64,000 nt of DNA, from the NCBI GenBank assembly GCA_001780725.1, contig MFIM01000001.1:19642-83641 (forward strand), written 5' to 3'. Shown one piece after another: positions 37,685 to 45,371 of this stretch; position 1 is the first letter of the stretch; each line of letters starts with the position of its first letter. A program made the translations under genes and the position numbers. Source of the DNA: Candidatus Giovannonibacteria bacterium RIFCSPLOWO2_02_FULL_45_28. Lineage in GTDB: Bacteria; Patescibacteriota; Minisyncoccia; UBA11713; 2-01-FULL-45-33. A model generated the notes under the pieces. The model saw only the letters and a program-made list of their open reading frames with translations, was not told where the DNA came from and ran no database searches.

Positions 37685-39478
37685 TTATTTTCCTTTCAAC
37701 AACCCGAGCATCTTCTCCAATGGCCAAGCGTTAATTATGTCATCGCAAGTTGCCCATCCCCTTCGGGCTTGAGATATGCCGATTTCCAAAAATTTAAAGT
37801 GAGATGCCGAATGAGCATCGGAATCAATTGACATCTTTACCCCAGCCTCAACGCATTTTCTTACGTATTCGTCTTTAATGTCTAAACGATCAGGATAAGC
37901 GTCAATTTCCAAAACCGTCCCCGTGCGCTTGGCGGCTTTGATAATTTCATCAATATCAACCTCAATCGGCTCACGGCGGTTTATAATCCTGCCGGTCAGA
38001 TGAAAAATAATATCCACATTCGGATTTTCCATTGCTTTTATAATTCTTCTTGTCTGCTCTGCGCGCGGAAGCTTGAAGTGGCTGTGCACCGCCGCTCCCA
38101 CAACATCCAATTTTTTTAAAACTTCGTCTTGAATGTCCAATGATCCGTTTTTTCCGATATTTACTTCGGCGCCTTTGAGAACTTTCAACTTACAATTTTT
38201 AATTTTCAATTTATGATTAATTTTATCTATTTCGGCAATTTGTTTTAATAATTTTTTCTCATCCGCCCCGCCCGTCATAGCCAGACTGCGCGTATGATCG
38301 GTTATCGCAATGTATTCCAACCCAAGTTTTTCAGCCTCTTTTGCCATCGCCTCAATAGAGTCCTCGCCGTCGGTCCAGTTGGTCTGCGTTTGAAGGTCCC
38401 CTTTTAAATCCTTGTAGCCGATGAGTTTGGGTAAACGATTCTGGCGCGCCAATTCAATCTCGCCGGCATTTTCCCTCATCTCCGGTTCTATGTAATGCAG
38501 TCCCAATTTTTTATAGATTTCTTCTTCCGTTTTACCAGCTATCATCTTTTCTTTCGGCGTATTTCTGCGTTCCATTCTGCGTTGTTCTGCGCTATGAAAG
38601 AGTCCGTATTCGTTCAGCTTCCATCCCCTTTTTATCGCCATCTCGCGGAGCGCGATATTGTGATCCTTTGAACCTGTAAAATAATTCAGCGCTGCCCCGT
38701 ACGATTCTTTTGGAACCACGCGCAAATCGGCATCCAAACCGTTTTTAAGCTTTACCATCGTTTTGGTTTTGCCTTTTGCGTAGACGTGCGCAATAAACGG
38801 CAAACCCACGAACTTGTCCATCACTTTCTCCGGCCCGCCCTGACTCGGCGAGGTGGGTTTTTTGGAGGTCGCTAAAATATCAATGTCGCCGATTGTTTCT
38901 TTGCGCCTGCGCGTAGATCCTGCGACTATCGCATCTTCAACTTCCGGGAAAGATTTGATCATTCGCTCCAGATTTCTGATTTCGGGCAAAACAAAGCCGA
39001 GCACTTGCCGTCCGCCGGATTTTTTCAAAAATTCAATCCCGCGCAAAATTTTTTCTTCGGATTTTTGGCCGAATCTCGCGAGCCTGCGTATTTTTCCGGC
39101 CTTGGCAGCCGCTTCCAAATCTTTTAAATTTTTAATCTTTAGTTTTTGGTACAAAACCTTAATCATCTTCGGCCCCACGCCTTCCACAGCCGTGAGCTCC
39201 GAGATATTCACAGGAATTTTTTTCTTTAATCTTTCGTATTCGGCAAATTTTTTTCCGCGTAGCATCGTTTCCAGATGGTGAGCAATACCTTGCCCCACTC
39301 CAGATATTTTCATAAGGCCGCCTGCGCCGCCGCTCTTATAAATTTCCATTATTTCCTTATCCAAAGCCTCCACCCCAAGCGCGGCTTTTTCATAGGCGCG
39401 CGGCTTAAATAAAACCCCCTCCATCTCATAAAGCTCCGCCATTTCACGCAAGATTTTCGCAATTTCCTGATTGGTCAT
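37685..39478 (-). CDS. family X DNA polymerase (Pol beta-like core plus C-terminal PHP domain)
   Basis: N-terminal HhH MTNQEIAKILREMAELYEMEGV.FKPRAYEKAA; C-terminal PHP motifs (ITDHT..., HSHF). Confidence 0.85.
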   Translation of the reverse strand: MTNQEIAKILREMAELYEMEGVLFKPRAYEKAALGVEALDKEIMEIYKSGGAGGLMKISGVGQGIAHHLETMLRGKKFAEYERLKKKIPVNISELTAVEGVGPKMIKVLYQKLKIKNLKDLEAAAKAGKIRRLARFGQKSEEKILRGIEFLKKSGGRQVLGFVLPEIRNLERMIKSFPEVEDAIVAGSTRRRKETIGDIDILATSKKPTSPSQGGPEKVMDKFVGLPFIAHVYAKGKTKTMVKLKNGLDADLRVVPKESYGAALNYFTGSKDHNIALREMAIKRGWKLNEYGLFHSAEQRRMERRNTPKEKMIAGKTEEEIYKKLGLHYIEPEMRENAGEIELARQNRLPKLIGYKDLKGDLQTQTNWTDGEDSIEAMAKEAEKLGLEYIAITDHTRSLAMTGGADEKKLLKQIAEIDKINHKLKIKNCKLKVLKGAEVNIGKNGSLDIQDEVLKKLDVVGAAVHSHFKLPRAEQTRRIIKAMENPNVDIIFHLTGRIINRREPIEVDIDEIIKAAKRTGTVLEIDAYPDRLDIKDEYVRKCVEAGVKMSIDSDAHSASHFKFLEIGISQARRGWATCDDIINAWPLEKMLGLLKGK

Positions 39479-39515
39479 ACTTGTATTTTAACACTTTTCT
39501 GCCCAGCTTAGCTGG

Positions 39516-39536
39516 ATTATCCACCCGTTATCCACA
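39516..39536. promoter_or_regulatory. tandem DnaA boxes (TTATCCACC, TTATCCACA) in polX upstream region; third box at 39751-39759
   Basis: ggATTATCCACCcgTTATCCACAacta, and cacTTATCCACAgcc at 39751. Confidence 0.45.
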
Positions 39537-40022
39537 ACTACGAATTGGCGAAGGTTTTTATTTGCTAAAATAACATTGGGAGGACAAGATGTGGCTGCTC
39601 AAAAACAGCCGGGGCGCCAAAGAGATCCGGCAGGTCCGCAGTCACGGGACCCATAGGACCCCGGCACGCGGGGTAAAACGGGAAAGAAGCTTAAGCTCTC
39701 CGCTATGCGGAGTCCAAACTTTCCTCGGCCTACGGACAACCCCCTCCCACTTATCCACAGCCTCTCATTGCAGGGGCTGTTTATTTTTGAGACAATGAAA
39801 GTAGGTTAAAATTTGCCTGATTTATTTCATGGCTGGCGCAGGCAAGCGTGCGTACCCACTGGATGTTCCGTCCGCCAATAGGCAGACTACGAATCCACTG
39901 ACTCTCTTGAGTCGCAATGTACGCACACCCGCTCGCACCAAACAATTTGATCTCTCAAAAAATCATAAAACATCTATAAATAACCCTTGGACAGCGAGCC
40001 AGGGGTTCGTTTTTTTTGCGTT

Positions 40023-40679
40023 TTATTGTTTCGTCGCCGGACTTTTTGGAATCGGCGTAAAAGGCGGCAAGGCTACAGGTCGCGTGCCGTCAAGATAAGG
40101 ATAAAGGCCGAGTAAAATAAAAAATACAACAAAATTGATAATTCCGGCAATGATAAAGAGCGGTCTAAAACCAAATATGTCGGCTAACACTCCCCCGATT
40201 GCTCCTCCGATAGCGCTGGAAATGGTCAGCCCGCCAACGCTAAACAGACTCCATTCAAAACCTTCAGCGCCTTTATCCACATGGCGGGCGAAAAGCGAAT
40301 AATAAGCGGACATCAACGCGGCGTCTCCAAAACCGACAAAGGCTTCAAGAAAATAAAGGTGCCACGCCTCGGAAACGGCAAGAAGCGCGAAAGGATAAAT
40401 AACGGCAACCAAAGCGCCGGCCATCAAAGTATAAAAATCATCGCGTTCTCCTCTGTGTTTATCCAAAAATCTGGCCAAAGGAATTTGTAAAACGGATTTC
40501 GCTACGGCGTAAAGCGCCAAAGCAAACCCCACGGTTTTCAAAGTCGCTCCCGGAATAAAACCGGTAATAAACACCGCAAAAATCGGCGCAAAAAGCCCGC
40601 CGGATACCACAACAAAAAACAAATAAATCAGCAAAATCTGCACAGCTCGGTTAACGGTAATATTTATATGTATGCGCAT
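40023..40679 (-). CDS. MFS-type transporter-like membrane protein (6 TM, short)
   Basis: 218 aa, 6 hydrophobic helices. Confidence 0.45.
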   Translation of the reverse strand: MRIHINITVNRAVQILLIYLFFVVVSGGLFAPIFAVFITGFIPGATLKTVGFALALYAVAKSVLQIPLARFLDKHRGERDDFYTLMAGALVAVIYPFALLAVSEAWHLYFLEAFVGFGDAALMSAYYSLFARHVDKGAEGFEWSLFSVGGLTISSAIGGAIGGVLADIFGFRPLFIIAGIINFVVFFILLGLYPYLDGTRPVALPPFTPIPKSPATKQ

Positions 40680-40702
40680 AAATAAATTTTATTATATTAA
40701 AG

Positions 40703-40918
40703 CTATTCTGTGTCTTCCCATTCTGCCGGTGAAATACCGGCTTGGCGCAAAATTTCAGAAAGCAAATGCTTGGAAATATCTCCGCGATGAGGATTTGGAA
40801 TGTGCACTTTCAAATCATCCTTCGTCATAAACAAATGGCGGCCACCAGAATAAGGGCCACCGAATCCAAGCTCACGAAATTTCTGCACTAATTTTCTCCA
40901 CGAAACATTCTTAGGCAT
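40703..40918 (-). CDS. hicA: HicA-family (YcfA-like) mRNA interferase toxin
   Basis: KLVQKFRELGF...GGRHLFMTKDDLKVHIPNPHRGDISKHLLSEILRQAGI. Confidence 0.65.
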   Translation of the reverse strand: MPKNVSWRKLVQKFRELGFGGPYSGGRHLFMTKDDLKVHIPNPHRGDISKHLLSEILRQAGISPAEWEDTE

Positions 40919-41156
40919 GTCTTACAAGCTCGCGTCTATCCACCTTAATTTCAAAACCCTGCACTCTCTCGCGGTCCCTGATTTTCAAAAGCAGCCAATC
41001 TTCAAGAACCCCCCTAAGCTCCTTTCTGCAGTCTTCCAAATTTCTTGCACTCGCCCAGACGCCGCGAACGCTCGGGATTTCACCAAAATAACTCCCGTTT
41101 TTAAGAAACTTGTATTTTGCTTCTTTGAGTTTTCTTTCTACGTATTCGTTTAACAT
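40911..41156 (-). CDS. hicB: HicB-family antitoxin (UPF0150)
   Basis: YFGEIPSVRGVWASARNLEDCRKELRGVLEDWL; overlaps hicA by 8 nt. Confidence 0.6.
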   Translation of the reverse strand: MLNEYVERKLKEAKYKFLKNGSYFGEIPSVRGVWASARNLEDCRKELRGVLEDWLLLKIRDRERVQGFEIKVDRRELVRHA

Positions 41157-41272
41157 AGAACTATATTAGCATATTAATTGTTTTCTGCAAATACTCTGAA
41201 AAGTGACTTTTGTGATCTTCGGTTTCGTATTCGCTGTGGGTTTGTGTTGCTTCCCATTGTTTTTTGCTGTGA

Positions 41273-42903
41273 TCAAAACAATGAACTTTGTGCTGGCGCT
41301 TTCGGAATTGTTTCTTCTGCTTTAACGTTTTCAATACTTTTTAATAATTCCGGCCCGCCTCTATTTGCGTCTAGCAAGGCGGGTAGTTTTTTGAAATCAT
41401 TTTCCAATTCTTTTAAAACTTGGGTTGAGCGGAGGGCGGCGGCGGGGTGATACAAAGGATAAATAATTTTGGATTTAATAATTACCCCCTTCCCGTGGCC
41501 AAGCGAAATCTTTGCCGACGGTAAAAAATAGTTCATTGAAAACCTCCCCAAAGTCGCGATAATTTTGGGGTCAATAATTTGAATTTGTTTTTTCAAATAA
41601 GGTTTGTACGCCTCAATCTCCTCCGGCAAAGGATCGCGATTTTCCGGAGGACGGCGCTTTACAATATTTGTGATATACACGCTCTCTCTTGGCCATTTGA
41701 TACCCGCCAAAAGTTTATCCAGAAGTTTTCCCGCCTGCCCGACAAAAGGACGCGAGAGCTTGTCCTCATGAAACCCCGGCGCCTCACCGATAAATATTAT
41801 CTCCGCGTCCGGCCTCCCCTCCCCAAAAACCAAATTCGCCGTCCCAAGAAGCGGCAAACTCTTATCCGCCTCCATTTCTTTTTTTAATTTTTCTAATTCT
41901 TCTGCTTTACTCATTTTATTTAAAATTTTTTGCTTGATTTCAAAAGCGTTACAATGTTTCAAAATTCCTAAGTAAGACTGCAAGTTTTTGGCGTTAACTT
42001 TCTTTAATATTCTCCTTTTTGTCTTCGTTCTTAAAACTCTGTGGTATGGTAAAACAACGTAGCCCAAAAAGTCAACCCCTTGCCGTAATTTTTTAAGTAT
42101 AACTTTGTTGGGATGCAGATTCAACTTTAGTCTTTCCCGCAAAAACTCCGCGACTTCAGGCAGAAGCACCTTGAGATAATTTTCGTTTTGGTGCAGTATT
42201 ATAAAGTCGTCAGTGTATCTGAAATAATGCTTAACATTTAATTTATGTTTAACAAACTGGTCAAACTCGTTCAAATAGATATTAGCGAAAAGCTGGGAGG
42301 TAAGATTACCGATCGGAAGACCACATTTACTCTCTCTCTCTCTCTCGGTGTTTTGAGCTGAAAACTGTCAATAATTTCCTCGCAAAGCCACATGGCTTTT
42401 CTGTCTTTAATTCTTCGCGCCAAAATGTTTTTCAGTATTCGTTGGTCAACCGAATCAAAGAACTTTCTTATGTCGCATTTCAACGCAAAACATGGGCCGG
42501 AGTAATTATGGCTTACTTTTCTTGCGGCTTTTTCCAGCGCCGCTACACCTTTATGCGTTCCCTTGCCGATTCTGCAGGAAAAAGAATTGGCAATAAAGGT
42601 CGGCTCAAAAATGAGGTTAAGAACCTTAAAAACCGCGTGATGCAAGACCCTGTCGCGAACAGCGGCTTTGTGAATATGCCTTATCTTAGGGTCGTGAATA
42701 TAGAAAGAGGTGTAAGAATTATGTTTGTAAGTCATTTCCGCAAGCTGGCGATGGAGTTCAAAAAGATTGTCTTCCAGATTAAATTCAAATTCTTGAACGT
42801 CGGCATTATCCTTTTTCCCTAGTTTAAATTTTTTCCACGCTGAAAATAAATTATTTAAATCAATAATTTGTTCGAATATATGTTTATCGCTTCTCTCACT
42901 CAT
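41273..42903 (-). CDS. DGR-type reverse transcriptase fused to a C-terminal family-4 uracil-DNA glycosylase domain; reading frame broken at a (CT)n microsatellite near 42330-42346
   Basis: ORF 42903-42271: FEQIIDLNNLFSAWKKF, NSFSCRIGKGTHKGV, CDIRKFFDSVD (RT motifs 1-3). Next frame: GLPIGNLTSQLFANIYLNEFDQF, YFRYTDDFIIL (YxDD), VDFLGYVV. Then GEGRPDAEIIFIGEAPG...VYITNIVKRRPPENR...YHPAAALR (UDG family-4 motifs). Confidence 0.8.
42330..42346. repeat. (CT)7-8 dinucleotide microsatellite at the RT frameshift site
   Basis: ttta ctctctctctctctc ggtg; read as RERERE in the upstream RT frame. Confidence 0.8.
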
Positions 42904-43215
42904 AAGTTATGCGAGTTATATAAATTCTTTCACGAATGTTTAAAAACTTTTCCGAAACAAGAAAAATACTCTCTTGGACTAAAAATCGAAAACACCATTT
43001 TAGAAATTTTCGAGTATTCTCTTTCTGCCATGTATCTGCCTAAATACAAAAAGGGCGAAAAAATTAAAATGGCGAGCGATAAGGTGGACTTTTTGAAATA
43101 TCTCATTCGTTTAGCTTACGAAACCGGGTCTTTAAATGCTAAAAAGTATTTTGTGTTGGAAGAAAAAGTTTTAGAGCTAGGTAAAATAATGGGCGGCTGG
43201 TTAAAATCAGTTTAA
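42868..43215 (+). CDS. avd: Avd-like four-helix-bundle DGR accessory protein (23S rRNA IVS protein family)
   Basis: KTFPKQEKYSLGLKIENTILEIFEYSLSA...DFLKYLIRLAYETGSLNAKKYFVLEEKVLELGKIMGGWLKS; opposite strand to RT and TR. Confidence 0.65.
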   Translation: MFEYMFIASLTHKLCELYKFFHECLKTFPKQEKYSLGLKIENTILEIFEYSLSAMYLPKYKKGEKIKMASDKVDFLKYLIRLAYETGSLNAKKYFVLEEKVLELGKIMGGWLKSV

Positions 43216-43259
43216 TGCTTTTTCGCTCAAAAGGAGCGTTTATTGCGCCCCTTTTGCAT

Positions 43260-43381
43260 GAAACTACCAGAGGACGACCAGCAATGTTGTCGTTGCGGTT
43301 GTCAGACGAGTTGTAGTTGACATTGGCCAAGCCGCCGTACTTGCGATTGCCGCCGTAAAGACGGTCGGAGTCCTCAAAATT
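43260..43381 (-). repeat. DGR template repeat (TR)
   Basis: ~122 bp aligned with VR; all 17 mismatches fall where TR has A on the minus strand; TR reading frame gives ...SDRLYGGNRKYGGLANVNYNSSDNRNDNIAGRPLV with AAY (Asn) codons. Confidence 0.85.
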
Positions 43382-43618
43382 GCTCTGGGCCATCCAAATC
43401 ACCGGAAAGATAAATTTTTTAAATTATTTTTCCTGAAATCCGCGCCTGCGGATAATTTTTCAGGCGGCAGCGCCGATGCTACATCGGCGCACCCGCCACA
43501 GCCCAAAGCAAGGAGTTTCTTTTTTTCTGATTTCGCAGAGAGCAAGTGCGAGAATAAACCGTGATCTATTCTTCATTAGCCTTGCTCAAAACAATCTTAC
43601 AAAAATTTATTCAAAAAG

Positions 43619-43650
43619 AAAAGGGCTTCGAAAAATTCAGAAGCCCTTCC
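43619..43650 (-). promoter_or_regulatory. GC-rich hairpin 30-60 nt downstream of VR (DGR target-recognition stem-loop and/or intrinsic terminator)
   Basis: aagggcttc-gaaaaattca-gaagccctt, followed on the minus strand by a T-rich tract. Confidence 0.45.
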
Positions 43651-43677
43651 GAGTTCCAGGAACAATTTGACCAAGCT

Positions 43678-44547
43678 CTAGAAACTCACCAGAGGACGAC
43701 CAGCAATGCCGTCGTAGCGGTCGTCAGACGAGACGCAGCCGACACCGGCCAAGCCGCCGTACCTGCGATAGCCGCCGTAAAGACGGTCGGAGCCCCCAAA
43801 AGGATCACGGAACCACTCCCACATATTGAACCGGCCGCGGTTCGGATCATAAACATTGCCAATGAAGTTGAATTCACCGGCGCGCTCCAGACAAGTTTGA
43901 GCCCGTGTTACTCGCAGTGCCGAAGCCATGTAAGCAAGGACCACATCATCCCACTCTTTAGGTGTTATCGCAAAACGCGAACCACAAGGCGTGTTGTCGT
44001 ACTTACCGATAACTCTTAAGTCGCGGCGTAGCTTTTCAATTATTGGCGCCCATGGGTCGTTCGGAAACACCTGGCTTCCGTCGGTGTAGTCAACTCCGAC
44101 AGAAAAATCTGCAAGACACCAACGACGCTTTAAAGTTACGGCATCGGCGCTTATCTTACCTTCGCGGATTTTCTCGTAAAGCCAGCTTTCCTGTTTTGTG
44201 TAATTCTTCAAAGACCAATCCTTTGCGAGGACAAGATCAATGAAGTAAACCGGATGCATATTGTACTTGGCGGCGTTTTCTAAAAACTCCGGAGTCCAAA
44301 CGCCTGGGACGGGATCAACTTGAAGCCGCCCGAAAAACTTCTTGAGCTTTCGGCGAGCTTGCGCGACAACTTCATCTGCCCAAGCTGGCCCCTTCACAAC
44401 CGCCTCAAGCGGATTTTTTCCTTGAAGTGTGAGAGCGATGCGCTCAACCCAAAGTTCTCCATCCGGCCCAGACCACTTTTCCAACATATCCCTCTGCAAG
44501 CCAAGCAGCTTGCTCGGCAAGCAACCGACCACGTCTAATTTGGCCAT
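43678..44547 (-). CDS. DGR target protein with C-terminal C-type lectin / FGE-sulfatase-like variable domain
   Basis: 289 aa; C-terminus ...NMWEWFRDPFGGSDRLYGGYRRYGGLAGVGCVSSDDRYDGIAGRPLVSF encoded by the VR. Confidence 0.8.
   Translation of the reverse strand: MAKLDVVGCLPSKLLGLQRDMLEKWSGPDGELWVERIALTLQGKNPLEAVVKGPAWADEVVAQARRKLKKFFGRLQVDPVPGVWTPEFLENAAKYNMHPVYFIDLVLAKDWSLKNYTKQESWLYEKIREGKISADAVTLKRRWCLADFSVGVDYTDGSQVFPNDPWAPIIEKLRRDLRVIGKYDNTPCGSRFAITPKEWDDVVLAYMASALRVTRAQTCLERAGEFNFIGNVYDPNRGRFNMWEWFRDPFGGSDRLYGGYRRYGGLAGVGCVSSDDRYDGIAGRPLVSF
43681..43803 (-). repeat. DGR variable repeat (VR) at the 3' end of the target gene
   Basis: Counterpart of TR; conserved GC-rich 3' end ...GCTGGTCGTCCTCTGGT(G)AGTTTC (IMH-like) abuts the stop codon. 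Confidence 0.85.
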
Positions 44548-44648
44548 GGTCAGCCTCCTTTCTTTTTGTTAAATAACCCGCCTTGCCTGGATCAAAGGCC
44601 CCAGGTTCGCCTTTTAAGGTTTCTGGCTTAATTATACTCCCGAAGTAC

Positions 44649-45371
44649 CTATTTGTCAATAGTGATTTTTGACCGCAGATACTCTCTGTTTTTAATTATA
44701 TGAATCAGCGTCGGCAGGCTGGAGAGGACGATAATGGCTAAAATTATCGGGATTAAATATTTATCAATGCCTGGAATTGTGGCGCCCAAAAAATATCCAA
44801 GCCATGTCATACCAAGCGCCCAAAGAAAAGCCCCGACAACATTATAAAAAAAGAATGTCCTGTAATGCATCTGCCCGACCCCGGCCAAAATCGGCGCGAA
44901 TGTGCGGACAACCGGCAAAAAACGGGCGAGCACAAGAGTTTTTGCGCCGTATTTTTCATAAAAAACCTTGGCGCGTTCAAGGTGGTCTTTGTGGAATAAA
45001 AGAGAATCTTCGCGGCTGAAAATCGCCGGCCCAACTTTTCTGCCAAAAGCATATCCAAAATTGTCCCCCAAAATCGCGGCGACAAAAACCAGAAAAGCCA
45101 AAATCCAAATGTTCAAAAAACCCTGCGACGCCAAAAAACCCGCCGTAAACAGCAAAGAGTCTCCGGGCAGGAAAAAACCGATGAAAAGCCCCGATTCAGC
45201 AAAAATTATGCCGAAAAGGCCCAAATATCCGACGGTCTGTATAAGTAAAATTAGGTCAAAGCCGATTAAAGAGTCCATGAGTTTAAGTTTAACAAAAAAT
45301 AGAGTAAAATAAACACCATGAGCACTCAACTGCACACAAAAACAATCGCCGAAGTCATTGAGATTGTGCAT
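44649..45371 (-). CDS. DedA/VTT-domain membrane protein
   Basis: GYLGLFGIIFAESGLFIGFFLPGDSLLFTAGFLASQG. Confidence 0.8.
   Translation of the reverse strand: MHNLNDFGDCFCVQLSAHGVYFTLFFVKLKLMDSLIGFDLILLIQTVGYLGLFGIIFAESGLFIGFFLPGDSLLFTAGFLASQGFLNIWILAFLVFVAAILGDNFGYAFGRKVGPAIFSREDSLLFHKDHLERAKVFYEKYGAKTLVLARFLPVVRTFAPILAGVGQMHYRTFFFYNVVGAFLWALGMTWLGYFLGATIPGIDKYLIPIILAIIVLSSLPTLIHIIKNREYLRSKITIDK

Noticed and set aside
39516-39759. Chromosomal replication origin (oriC) based on three DnaA boxes
   Set aside because: No dnaA/dnaN genes nearby and only three boxes over 240 bp; a DnaA-regulated promoter is more plausible, and single boxes also occur at 3470 and 8554.
39479-40022. RNase P RNA, SRP RNA or 6S RNA in the polX upstream region
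   Set aside because: Conserved cores (GGAAAGUCCGG for RNase P, GGAAGGAAGCAGC-like domain IV for SRP) are not present; left as an unclassified structured region.
43619-43650. Hairpin downstream of VR taken as a definitive DGR target-recognition cruciform
   Set aside because: It has a 10-nt loop and is followed by a U-tract on the coding strand, so it could simply be the target gene's intrinsic terminator; reported with both interpretations.
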